NCBI GenBank assembly: GCA_963710755.1
Contig: CAVQBK010000003.1
Location: 1,216,001-1,280,000, forward strand
Reading direction: 5' to 3'
DNA: 64,000 nucleotides
Origin: an uncultured bacterium
GTDB lineage: Bacteria; Oederibacteriota; JAAXVQ01; JAUVAV01
Part shown: positions 9,037-19,022 of the stretch, one piece after another
How the letters are laid out: each line of letters begins with the position of its first letter
Position numbering within the stretch: position 1 is the stretch's first letter
The notes under the pieces: generated by a model
What the model was told of the DNA's origin: nothing
What the model saw: only the letters and a program-made list of their open reading frames with translations
Database searches by the model: none
Program-made: the position numbers and the translations under genes

Positions 9037-12000
9037 ATGCCCTGGTGGAACAAGTCCAAACGAAAAATGCTAACCAAAATCATTGCCTTAATGGTTAGTC
9101 TTACCTTTATTCAACCTTTGGTAACCTTTGCTTTTAATCCCCTTACTTATCCCCAACCGGGTCTTCCATTTTCCACCATCAACTATATGGGCAAAACCGT
9201 CAAGCTGCCCGTTAAAAAAGCCGCGGTAGTGGGCACATACCAGGGCAGCCCCAAGACCGTGATTTGCATTCAGGATTTACATTGCAATTATGAAGTCCAG
9301 AAGAACATTGCTTCCACCCTGGATTATCTGGTCAAACGATTGGGCTTACGCCTTATTGGCGAAGAAGGGGCCTTTGGTGATTTGCCCACAGGCGTAATCA
9401 AAGATTTTCCCAACCGGAAAATCAAAGAGGAAGTGGCTGATCATTTTGTACGCCAGGGCAAATTAACAGGTGCTGAATATTTTACAGTTACCACTTCCGC
9501 GCCAGTCCAACTGATAGGTATTGAAGACAAGTCCCTTTATAACGATAGTTTAGCGCGGGTGCACCATTTCTTAAATGCCGAGAGCCAGGGATTTATTTAC
9601 GATATCCGCGATCAGCTCGATATACTTAAAAATAAGATCTACAACCACGGCTTAAAGAAGCTGGACCAAAAGGCCATGGCCTACCGTATGGGGGATCTGG
9701 GGCTTTTAAATTATGCCGCTTATCTAAGTCAGTTGGCCCGTTCGCTTAAAGTGGATCTTAAGCCTTACGCACTCTTTAACCGTTTTGTCATGCTCCATCA
9801 AGATTTCTTTGCACCTGAAATGGAAGCAGACGCTCTCTACCGCCAGGTGGACCAAGTGGAAGCTGCGTTACGCCAAGTCTCATATGATAATGAAGCTCAG
9901 AAGACCTTAGATAATCTTTACCACCGGCTTTATATTATGGAACGGTTGCTCAACATTTCGGTCTCGCAGGACGAATTGGCTGATTTTCGTCAGCACCGCA
10001 CTCAGTTTAAAACCAACGTCTATGATGCGTTTTTACAGGCCCAAGGCACCTTAGGCCTGGACAGCTCTTTTGACACGCTCGACCGCTACCTGCAGGAGGC
10101 CGGTGAATTTTATAATCTGGCCGATCAGCGCAGCCAGGCTTTTGTTAACAATCTAAGCCGGGCAATGGATAAAGGTAAGCAGTCACTGGCCGTGATGATC
10201 AATGGCGGCTTTCATTCGGAAAAAGTGCTGGCCTACCTGGAGCAGAAAAATATATCCTACCTTTCAGTAAGGCCGCAGCTAACCAAGCTGGATATCATCA
10301 ATCCTTATTTCGAACTGCTGCAGGGCAAGAAAACACCATTAGAAAAATTGTTGGCCAAAAACCAGAATATTCTGGCAGTTAAATCAGCATTACTGGATCC
10401 CGTGTTCCGACATTTGACGGAGTTAATGGTCAAGGTTATGGCCAAAACTGAAGGCGTGGAATCCGGTGCTTATAGCGAGCTTTATAAAAGTGTATCGTTG
10501 AGTCACCTGCAGCCAACGGCTCATTGGAGTCGGGTTACCACTTCACTTGATGATCTGGTCGGTGTTCTGGTATTTAAAGCCAACAAGAAACTGACTAAGC
10601 TAAGCAAACAGCTGAACGCCATTGAGGTTACCACCATCGGGAATAGAATCATTGCCTTTTTTAGCAATGCCAATCAGACCCAGCAAGCTGCAACTTTGGT
10701 GGATAAAGCAATCGCCCCGACCTGGCAGTCCACTCTCCTTGGGATAGTGGAGACAGTGCTTGGGGCCAAGGCGCCAGGATGGAAACATGCCGGGTTTATC
10801 AATTTTAACCTCCTTACTTCGTCTCGATGGGCTTTGGGATTTTTGGCCACCACTACAGCTATTATCATGTTTGCAACCCATCAGGAATTGTCGGTGGCTA
10901 ACCTAGCCCTCTTCAGCTTGGGGTTAACCACCATGATGCCGGAGGGAGTGATAAGCCTTATTCAAGCTGGCTTTGAACAAGCCTATGCCCGCAAGCTGTC
11001 TCGATCGCGATTATATTATCCGCACCATCAAGTTACATTAAAACCGTCGGGTGACATCGAAGAAGAAAATGATCCTACTCTGCGGCAATTGATTCAGCAA
11101 AAAACGACCTTTTTACTTGAAAGTCAACGGGGTGAAGAGATCAAAAGAATTACAGGCGATGCGCTTAAAATAGAAGGGAAATGGTATCTACGTCTCGGTG
11201 ATCGCTGGGTGGGCGTTGAAAATGAAGACTTTGCGGACAGCATGATCAGATACGGGGACTTGTTCACCAGCCATTTTCTTTTAGGCAACAAACAATTGCA
11301 AATGCTTTTAGGGCTGGATAGCAATTCTTTACCAACGCTTGCGCCTATCCCGGAAGAATTCGAAACGGCTACGGAGATTCAGGGCCTGTTTCTTAACGAA
11401 TATACCGGCAACCAGCGCCTGCAGGCGATCAATTTCATTCAATCGACCAATATCATTAATCTGGCGAAAAAAGGTGAGTTGAATCGTACCACCCTTATGC
11501 ATTATCTGGACGCTTTTATAGTCGTGTCCCACAAGCGGGTGGCGGCTTATGATGAATTCATTGAAGCCAGGCAGAATCTCTTACTGCTGCTTAATCTCAA
11601 TGAAGTTCTACCGGGGAAGCACCTTACGTCAACACAGGAAACGATGATCAAAGAAAACCTGGTTTTCGGTGAAAAGAGAAAATTGGGTTTTCCGCAATTG
11701 CTGCTGGATATGATTGTGCGTAATCCCAGTATAAAAAAACTGATCAAAACCAAGGCCGATGGCCGCGTATCTTTTTTGGCTCAAGATGGACGAATTAGGG
11801 AAATTGATCTGGCCAATGAGACTTATTGGGGAACGCCGTTGGATCAGGATGAAATGATGGCCCAAATAAAAAAGCAAGCTGATCAAGCCGGTTACCACTG
11901 GCAAAAATATATGACCGATAAATTTCCTTATGCCCCGCTGGTTCCCACCGGGGGTATGGCCACGCGCATTGCCAAGGTGCATTTCAATCAGAATAAACTT

Positions 12001-15000
12001 TTTGGTCTCATGCTACGCATTAAAATGGGCCAAGAACAGAAGGCTTTGGAATATTTTAAGACAAAGGGATTTGACCAGTTTGAATTGGAGTATTTCGGAG
12101 ATTATGCATATATCGCCATCACACCATTGGTGCTGTCAATGAATCCGCAGGCTACTATTGTCATGGGCGGGTTGGCAACCATTGTACCTTTGGAAAGTTG
12201 GTTTGGCGGGTATGCCGCCCGGACAAGTTTACTTGAAACGCAGGATACGTTGCACCCCCTGACTACTGAGGGCGAGATAATGACCGATACCCTGATTAAT
12301 GGCGGACATGGCCGAATTATCACCGGTTTTTTTAGTAATAAAGATAAAATTGCCGAGCTCCTGGATGAGGGTTACGTACTCCGTTACAATCAAGCCGATG
12401 ACAAGGGCGACCGCACTCTGGGTCATTTGATGAGCCGGTTGTTGAAATTAGGACAGGCTGCCATGGCCGTCATCAGCACTCCTCAAGCCGTAAGTATCAA
12501 GTTTAATATCAAGGAAATTCAAGACGCTTTAAAACAAGGTGAAAAAATAACCTATAAAGGTCACGCCGTCAAAGCGGTTTCAGATGAAGCGCTGGAGTTG
12601 GTTAATGGTGACAAGGTCGCTCTTCAACCCATAAAGGCAGGACTTCAACAGGCTTTAGATAGAACCAATGCTTTAAAAGCAGAAGCGGAGCAACTGACAG
12701 GCCCGGCACAACGGGACAAACGCATTGATGCTATGAAATACTATAAAGAACATATTTATGACAAATTGTCGGAGTATCTTTTGAAAAATAGTAAGGATAA
12801 AGCCGTCATATTGATTGAAGCCAAGTTCAATCAGGGCGGAGAAATTGTTGATGTTGACAACCAAAGTAACTTTTACGAGAAAAGTGAATATATTCAAGAA
12901 GACGGAGACAATATTTACCGGGACAGCCACGGCCAAAAACATGCTTTCCCTTTGCCAGTAGTGCTGGCTGTGGATTTTAAAGATTTTAACAGTAACAATC
13001 TCTCCCTAGATCTGCTGGCCTTCATGGCAGTCATGGATCATAAAGCCAAGGATGCATATTTTGATTTTCTCAGAGCTTCTGCACAAGTGTTGAGTGAAAG
13101 CGAGCTTCTTGCAAGACGCCAGCAGGCTGAGAAAGAAGTAGCTGCGATTGCGAAAAATATGGATACCGATGTCTGGGAGGCCAGATTACAAGTATTTGAG
13201 AGGCTCATGTTTGCTTTGGCCGCACCGCCGATTGAAATCAAAGAAGGTAATGTCAATTTAAATATGATGGCCCAGAATGTGAGCCGTCTGGCAGCCCAAA
13301 TAGGGTTGAGTGATATCACCATGGAAAATATCGATATTCGCAATGTTGAACAGGTCCTGAATGCGGCTGCTAGCCGTGAAACCTTTACCGCACAGGCTGC
13401 CTATAAAAATGGCCAATTTAAAAACCTTGAAGGCCAGACGCTTAGTTTTGCCCGTTCTTCCCGGTTAGATGGTGTTCCAGTTAAGACCCTGGCTCAAATC
13501 AGAGGCCGCAACGATCAAGCCAGTCAAGTTAAGGGCAGCACTGATTTTGATCCATTTGCGCATCAGATTAATGAGAGCCTCATGGCCATGGGCGAAAGCC
13601 CGTTTCTGGCTGAAACCGAGATCGGCGAGGGCCGTGTGGTTAATATGGAATTGAATCAACGGCAGGCCGTCAACCTGTGGGAATGGATGCATAAGGAAGG
13701 CAAGGATATCGTTACCCCTAATGTCAAACGCGTGCTGGAACGGATGCTGGGATTGATTGCCCGCCATGGCGGTTCCCTGCCTGAAGGCGCATTTCCTAAA
13801 TCAGTTAAAAATTATAGCCGGATGCTTCATTTCATGCACTATTTATTGCCCTTGGTCATAGAAAAAGATCCTGTCAAGAAGCGCCTCGCCGAACAAAGCC
13901 TTTCCAAAGGATTCCAGGAAGCCGAAAAAGAGGGTGGGTTGATGACTACCCAGACATTGATCAGCCGTTTTCAAGCCGGCCAACAGCAACTTGACGCAAC
14001 CATTCAAATAGGCGGTCTCATTGGTGGTTTCTTGCTATTGGCTGGAGTAGTGACTGTGGCCAGTGGCCTGTTCATCTCCGGTTGGGTCGTTTTATTGCCT
14101 GTGGGGTTGGCGGTGTTGGGAAGTCTTTTAGCAAAACCTTATCTGGTGGCTGTATGGCAAACCGGCGAATTGGCCAGATGGCGGCTTGATCTTCAGTATC
14201 GAATTAAACGCTTGCTCCATTATTTAAGCCATCAACCACTGGCGGCAAAATTGACTTTTTGGCTGGCCATCGGTATTTCACACTTGTGGCAACCCCTTCG
14301 AGACAAAATAATCATTCATATACCAATGATCAACACACTCTTATTGATTGATCCGGTTTATCAAATGCTGGCGGCTGATCACTCCGTCATGACTATGCAA
14401 CAAGCTAAGGATGAGATTAGTCACCAATATCGAATGGAAATGTTTAATGATAAGAACTTAAATGCCCAAGAACAGACAAAACGAATTGCACGATTCAATA
14501 CTGCTGTTGCTCAAGCCTCCGAAATATTTGAAAATCAAGTCATGAATAACCCCCAGATTCGGGTGCTGGCTGACCTGGAAGATGACTTTAGCCCGGAAGT
14601 GAAAAAAGTGCTGGAACATTTTTTTGCCAAGCATCGCTTATTGGTTACTTATCCCCAGGAATTGACGGAAACTAACGTAGCGATGCAGCTTGGTGTAAGT
14701 GAACATGCCGCCCAGCTGGCCTTGGAATTGCTTAACGGCATACCGGCGCAAAAGACCAAATGGAAAAATATCACCAAGAAACTCAGCAAAGGTAATCAAA
14801 TGGTCTATTACCAGTTGAAGGAAAAACCGGTTGATCTGAAAAATGTTCATGTGGTGCTCATGCTGGGAGGCGGCATGGAATCCCTTTTGCCCGTAAATAC
14901 CAGGCAATGGAAGAGCAATGTTCCCACCTTGTTACAAAAACAACTAGGGCTTTTAGCTGAGTTGAAAATACCGCTTGCGCATACCCATATCATCTGTAAT

Positions 15001-18000
15001 GACTCTCAGGAAAAGGATATTCGCACCAACCTACCTGAAGATTTCCCGCGGGGAAACCTGCTGTCCCAGCCGTTGATGGGCGGATCTGCGGCTACCTATG
15101 GGTTAATGCTGGAAAAAATTCGACTAGAGGCCGGTGAGGATGGGGTGGTTATGTTTATGCCGGCAAAGAATTTGATTGGAGATTATAACCAATTCAAAAA
15201 AACCTTGGACGATGCACTGAAGTCAGCTGTCGATCAGGACAGAGTAACGGCTATTGGCTTACCCAGCCAAGAGGTTATAGACAATGTCGGCTATATGCAG
15301 GAAGGGGTGAAGCTAAAAGGAAGCGGTGGCTTGTATCAAGTAAACGCCTTGTTTGAAAAACCGGATACAACAGCTGCCAGGCAACTTGTCCGTCAGGGGG
15401 CCTTGGTAAACACTGGGATATATCTTATGCGGGTTGAACATGGACTACGTCTCTATAGGGAGGCTTCGCCCATTCTCTATGATTGGATGAAAAGAGTGAT
15501 TAGAAAAGGTTTTGAAGAAGGTAGCATGAGGGCACAAATAGGTTCTTATTTTGCGCTCTTATCGGATAAAGCCCGGGTGGAGGCAGCACGGTTATTTGCC
15601 ACGATTATACCTGAAAATCGGGCCGGCTTTGCCATGCTTGCGGTGGATCCTAAAATTTCATGGACTCCTGAACCCATCATGAGTGAAGCCAAGGATTTTA
15701 ACGGCAATATTAAAATCGGGTTGGGAGAATTCAATCAGCAGGATTCACATAATAACGTTGTATTTGCCGATGAAAATATTAACCTTACACTACATGAAGT
15801 CAATGGTTACTATGTTATGGCACCTGCCAACAGAGGTATTTTATTGGTGGTTCCCGTAGCAGCGCGCCAGAAAATTGGCGAAATATTTAGCCAGTTAGGC
15901 CAAAATCCTGACCTTGAACCTTATCTGAAGGGGGGGGCTGTTCCAGATGAAGTCATAGCACGTCATAAAGGCGAAATAAAATATGATAACTCCAATACCA
16001 TTAGGGGGTTAGGAACAGTAATTAGCTCGACCAATGTGCATCTCGATTCGGGCAAAGGAATGGTGGTCACGATCTCGGCGGAAAATCTTAGCATTACCCG
16101 GAAGGGTGATGACATCACCATTACTCACCTTGCTCCTCATACGGTTGCTGCCGGCGGTACTATGAGTTGGCTGGAAGCGCCGCTTATGAAGTTGTTTGGC
16201 ATTCAATCATCAACCTTTGTCAAATACCTTGCACCTGCCCTGGAATTGTTCCCCCTGGCCATTTCCTATATTCTATACGGTTTGGTGACAGGCGACTGGA
16301 CCATGGCTGCTGCTCCGCTAAGTGCCATGTTTGCGGCTTTTGGCCTGTATTCCCTACCCAGGGTGGGGATGTTCACACGTTTGCACGATTTTAGGGACAT
16401 GAGCGAGATGCCTGCTGATGTGTTTGAAGCCCGCAAAGCGCAGGCTGAAAAGTTATCGACCATCAATACTATGGCTCTGGCGCTGCTTTTCACAGCTAGC
16501 CAATTATTGGCCGTAAGTGCCACCACAGCCACAGCCGTGCTGCTGGCCATGTGGCTGGTATCGCATTATGTGGCTAATAACCTTAACTCAACTACCGCGT
16601 CGTCCGCGAAGAAAAGTAAGTCCTTGGGAGAATTCTTAGGGCTGGTCGAGGACCCCAATGTGGAACAGCTTCGGGACAAGCCCCTCGGCGAAATTATTTA
16701 CCAGGCTGTTTATGGAGTGAACCAGGCATTGGGGAATCTGGTGCTGGGAGAAAAATTTAATTGGGCTAAAAATATTATGGTCGCGCGCGGTGCGGGGTTT
16801 GCAGTGACTGATAAAATCATTGATAAACAGGCTCGTCGCCAGGCGGGGCAACCCTTGAAAGCAGATCAAAAGATGGTGGAGTTGACCGTACCGGCCTGGT
16901 TTTACGACCTGCAAATGAAGGGCCAGCCTCTGAATCTATTGCAGAAAATGGAAATTCGTCTGCGCTTCAAAGCGGCGATGAATCATTATCGCCGTACTAT
17001 CCTTTCGGAACAACGAAGTGTTAGCAACGAAACAGCAGAGATTTATGGCCGACAGCCGCTGTGGACTTTAGCCATGAACCTTAAAAACACGATCCAGACC
17101 TATGCCCGTGCCCATGGCTTGAGTTCGGAAAAAGAAGTCTATGGCAGCCTGGGCACAGGCAAGACCATGGCCATGGTGGGTACCCAATTGGCCCTGGTGC
17201 TTGATCATCTTATGCGTCTGCAAGGCAGCCAAGGGGTATGGCAAGGTGCGAAACTGGCCGATAAGGTGGAAGCTGTGTTGGGTGCAGGATTTGCCAATCT
17301 TGATCCTGCTTATGCGGCTGAAGCCATCCTGGCCATGGATGATCATGCCATTGCAGCCATTAACGATGAAGCGGTTCAAGGCTTGCTGGCCAGTACAAAA
17401 GCCATGATTGCCGAGGCCGGTGACAACAGCTTGCTGCGTGAGGCGGTGGTGCAGCATTTGAAAGCCCTCTTTGTTCATGAGGCCCAGCTGTCTACAGTGA
17501 CCTTGAAATTAGCTTCTGTTGATGAAGGGCAGTTAGCACAAAATCCGGACACAGCCCGGATCATGTTGGCCCATAACTCGCAGGCGAGAGAAATCCTGAG
17601 CAGTATGGTAGCGCAGATGCAGGAACAAGCGCCTACGGATACACAAGAGGTGCTCCAATTCCTGAAGACCATTCTTGCCAAAGAATCGCTGAATGCAGCG
17701 GAGACTTATCAATTGAAGGACCTGTTGGGCCAGATTAGTCTGGATGGGGAAAACCAGGTGCTCCTGAACATGGGTCAGGACGCCCAAGAGTATCATGTGA
17801 GTACCACCATGACCGGATTAGAGACCCAGCAACAAGACGGCTTGACCTTGTTTGTGCCGCAATTTGCCAATGTGCTGGCCAAACAGGAAGCCTTGACCAC
17901 AGAAGGGACCAAGGCGTCGGATCAGGCGGTGATGGTGATTCCCAGTGCCTTAACCTTACCCCGCTATCTTAAGGTTTCCGATCAAGTCAAGGGGGCGTTT

Positions 18001-18453
18001 GCGCAGCAATTCACCGAGGTATTTAAAGATACCGCGTTGTTCCAAAACGGGCTGGGGGAACACGGAGCCTTGATGCAGGGATTGGCTGAATTAAGGGCAG
18101 CCGGAAACACGAACGAAAAAACCAGAGCACTGCGTCAAATAGCCAGGGCTTTTATGGCCATGGGTAAATATGCCATTCATAACCATGTGGAGGCCCGGGT
18201 AATGGCGCCTGACATGCAGGCTTTGGATGCGTTTTTTGCCCGCAACGAGATCTTTAAAAACCACCTTAAGTCCATTGGGAACTTAGATGAAAAGGAAGTG
18301 CGTGTACCTGCCCAGCTAAGAACCGGCGGGATCATGCATTACATTTACCTTTATACCTATGTTTTTGGGGAACAGTTTGAAATGGAGCCCGGTATTCAAC
18401 TGTTCATCGATCAGCGTCGTACGGCTGAATTCAGCTTCGCCGGCGCAGCCTAA
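9037..18453 (+). CDS. Giant multidomain membrane/secreted protein 1 (~3,140 aa): shared N-terminal domain, UDPGP-like and ManC-like nucleotidyltransferase domains, several TM clusters
   Basis: Uninterrupted 9.4-kb ORF, RBS GAGGTG before ATG 9037, signal peptide ending VTFA. N-domain paralogous to giant 2. Motifs TGGMATR/GGHG/FNSNNL and VGYMQ/FEKPD/NTGIY. Confidence 0.9.
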   Translation: MPWWNKSKRKMLTKIIALMVSLTFIQPLVTFAFNPLTYPQPGLPFSTINYMGKTVKLPVKKAAVVGTYQGSPKTVICIQDLHCNYEVQKNIASTLDYLVKRLGLRLIGEEGAFGDLPTGVIKDFPNRKIKEEVADHFVRQGKLTGAEYFTVTTSAPVQLIGIEDKSLYNDSLARVHHFLNAESQGFIYDIRDQLDILKNKIYNHGLKKLDQKAMAYRMGDLGLLNYAAYLSQLARSLKVDLKPYALFNRFVMLHQDFFAPEMEADALYRQVDQVEAALRQVSYDNEAQKTLDNLYHRLYIMERLLNISVSQDELADFRQHRTQFKTNVYDAFLQAQGTLGLDSSFDTLDRYLQEAGEFYNLADQRSQAFVNNLSRAMDKGKQSLAVMINGGFHSEKVLAYLEQKNISYLSVRPQLTKLDIINPYFELLQGKKTPLEKLLAKNQNILAVKSALLDPVFRHLTELMVKVMAKTEGVESGAYSELYKSVSLSHLQPTAHWSRVTTSLDDLVGVLVFKANKKLTKLSKQLNAIEVTTIGNRIIAFFSNANQTQQAATLVDKAIAPTWQSTLLGIVETVLGAKAPGWKHAGFINFNLLTSSRWALGFLATTTAIIMFATHQELSVANLALFSLGLTTMMPEGVISLIQAGFEQAYARKLSRSRLYYPHHQVTLKPSGDIEEENDPTLRQLIQQKTTFLLESQRGEEIKRITGDALKIEGKWYLRLGDRWVGVENEDFADSMIRYGDLFTSHFLLGNKQLQMLLGLDSNSLPTLAPIPEEFETATEIQGLFLNEYTGNQRLQAINFIQSTNIINLAKKGELNRTTLMHYLDAFIVVSHKRVAAYDEFIEARQNLLLLLNLNEVLPGKHLTSTQETMIKENLVFGEKRKLGFPQLLLDMIVRNPSIKKLIKTKADGRVSFLAQDGRIREIDLANETYWGTPLDQDEMMAQIKKQADQAGYHWQKYMTDKFPYAPLVPTGGMATRIAKVHFNQNKLFGLMLRIKMGQEQKALEYFKTKGFDQFELEYFGDYAYIAITPLVLSMNPQATIVMGGLATIVPLESWFGGYAARTSLLETQDTLHPLTTEGEIMTDTLINGGHGRIITGFFSNKDKIAELLDEGYVLRYNQADDKGDRTLGHLMSRLLKLGQAAMAVISTPQAVSIKFNIKEIQDALKQGEKITYKGHAVKAVSDEALELVNGDKVALQPIKAGLQQALDRTNALKAEAEQLTGPAQRDKRIDAMKYYKEHIYDKLSEYLLKNSKDKAVILIEAKFNQGGEIVDVDNQSNFYEKSEYIQEDGDNIYRDSHGQKHAFPLPVVLAVDFKDFNSNNLSLDLLAFMAVMDHKAKDAYFDFLRASAQVLSESELLARRQQAEKEVAAIAKNMDTDVWEARLQVFERLMFALAAPPIEIKEGNVNLNMMAQNVSRLAAQIGLSDITMENIDIRNVEQVLNAAASRETFTAQAAYKNGQFKNLEGQTLSFARSSRLDGVPVKTLAQIRGRNDQASQVKGSTDFDPFAHQINESLMAMGESPFLAETEIGEGRVVNMELNQRQAVNLWEWMHKEGKDIVTPNVKRVLERMLGLIARHGGSLPEGAFPKSVKNYSRMLHFMHYLLPLVIEKDPVKKRLAEQSLSKGFQEAEKEGGLMTTQTLISRFQAGQQQLDATIQIGGLIGGFLLLAGVVTVASGLFISGWVVLLPVGLAVLGSLLAKPYLVAVWQTGELARWRLDLQYRIKRLLHYLSHQPLAAKLTFWLAIGISHLWQPLRDKIIIHIPMINTLLLIDPVYQMLAADHSVMTMQQAKDEISHQYRMEMFNDKNLNAQEQTKRIARFNTAVAQASEIFENQVMNNPQIRVLADLEDDFSPEVKKVLEHFFAKHRLLVTYPQELTETNVAMQLGVSEHAAQLALELLNGIPAQKTKWKNITKKLSKGNQMVYYQLKEKPVDLKNVHVVLMLGGGMESLLPVNTRQWKSNVPTLLQKQLGLLAELKIPLAHTHIICNDSQEKDIRTNLPEDFPRGNLLSQPLMGGSAATYGLMLEKIRLEAGEDGVVMFMPAKNLIGDYNQFKKTLDDALKSAVDQDRVTAIGLPSQEVIDNVGYMQEGVKLKGSGGLYQVNALFEKPDTTAARQLVRQGALVNTGIYLMRVEHGLRLYREASPILYDWMKRVIRKGFEEGSMRAQIGSYFALLSDKARVEAARLFATIIPENRAGFAMLAVDPKISWTPEPIMSEAKDFNGNIKIGLGEFNQQDSHNNVVFADENINLTLHEVNGYYVMAPANRGILLVVPVAARQKIGEIFSQLGQNPDLEPYLKGGAVPDEVIARHKGEIKYDNSNTIRGLGTVISSTNVHLDSGKGMVVTISAENLSITRKGDDITITHLAPHTVAAGGTMSWLEAPLMKLFGIQSSTFVKYLAPALELFPLAISYILYGLVTGDWTMAAAPLSAMFAAFGLYSLPRVGMFTRLHDFRDMSEMPADVFEARKAQAEKLSTINTMALALLFTASQLLAVSATTATAVLLAMWLVSHYVANNLNSTTASSAKKSKSLGEFLGLVEDPNVEQLRDKPLGEIIYQAVYGVNQALGNLVLGEKFNWAKNIMVARGAGFAVTDKIIDKQARRQAGQPLKADQKMVELTVPAWFYDLQMKGQPLNLLQKMEIRLRFKAAMNHYRRTILSEQRSVSNETAEIYGRQPLWTLAMNLKNTIQTYARAHGLSSEKEVYGSLGTGKTMAMVGTQLALVLDHLMRLQGSQGVWQGAKLADKVEAVLGAGFANLDPAYAAEAILAMDDHAIAAINDEAVQGLLASTKAMIAEAGDNSLLREAVVQHLKALFVHEAQLSTVTLKLASVDEGQLAQNPDTARIMLAHNSQAREILSSMVAQMQEQAPTDTQEVLQFLKTILAKESLNAAETYQLKDLLGQISLDGENQVLLNMGQDAQEYHVSTTMTGLETQQQDGLTLFVPQFANVLAKQEALTTEGTKASDQAVMVIPSALTLPRYLKVSDQVKGAFAQQFTEVFKDTALFQNGLGEHGALMQGLAELRAAGNTNEKTRALRQIARAFMAMGKYAIHNHVEARVMAPDMQALDAFFARNEIFKNHLKSIGNLDEKEVRVPAQLRTGGIMHYIYLYTYVFGEQFEMEPGIQLFIDQRRTAEFSFAGAA

Positions 18454-18482
18454 GCCGGGGCTGGGGGCGAGGCAATCTTAAT

Positions 18483-18523
18483 TTAACCCCTTCATCCCCA
18501 ACCCTTGGAGATGAAGGGGTTAA
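18483..18523 (+). terminator. Strong hairpin after giant gene 1 (terminator or mRNA stabiliser)
   Basis: 14-bp perfect stem ttaaccccttcatc/gatgaaggggttaa; no long U-tract. Confidence 0.65.
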
Positions 18524-18561
18524 GACCCTGCAAATGCTCTTATATCTTCATTAAAAAATGC

Positions 18562-18590
18562 TTGCATTACCCATGCGATTAAGCTATATT
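18562..18590 (+). promoter_or_regulatory. sigma70 promoter of tRNA-Glu
   Basis: TTGCAT-N17-TATATT ending 21 nt before the tRNA. Confidence 0.7.
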
Positions 18591-18611
18591 GTCTCTCCGT
18601 CAACATTTTGT

Positions 18612-18687
18612 GTCCCCATCGTCTAGCGGCCTAGGACATCGCCCTTTCACGGCGATGACAGGGGTTCAAATCCCCTTGGGGATGCCA
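18612..18687 (+). tRNA. tRNA-Glu (anticodon TTC)
   Basis: 76-nt cloverleaf: GTCCCCA/TGGGGAT acceptor stem, anticodon loop CTTTCAC, GTTCAAATCC T-arm, encoded CCA. Confidence 0.97.
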
Positions 18688-18806
18688 ACTTTTCACCTTT
18701 GGTAAAAAGTTGGCCGAACAATCGAAAATTGAAAATCGCCCCCCCAATTCCGGTCGATTACTTATGCCGTCGGTGTTGGCGAAAGCGCTTTTGGATTTTC
18801 GAAACG

Positions 18807-18837
18807 AAAAAAGCCCGCCCAAGAGGCGGGCTTTTTT
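18807..18837 (+). terminator. Rho-independent terminator (bidirectional type)
   Basis: aaaaaagcccgcc-caaga-ggcgggctttttt. Confidence 0.9.
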
Positions 18838-19022
18838 ATTGAGAGCACAGAAGGGGAGTTGACGTCATTTTAATTTAAATAATTCATTTTGAAACTCGCC
18901 TTTTAACCCGGTGTCTGTTAAAATAACGCCCATTAAAATCACATTTATCACCGTCCTCTTGAGTTCGAATTTTCCCGAACATGATTTTCTACGACTGTGT
19001 TAAATCATCCATTGGAGGTCTC

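Noticed and set aside
18612-18687. tRNA-Glu as an island integration site next to giant 1
   Set aside because: I found no integrase and no duplicated tRNA 3' end in the window.
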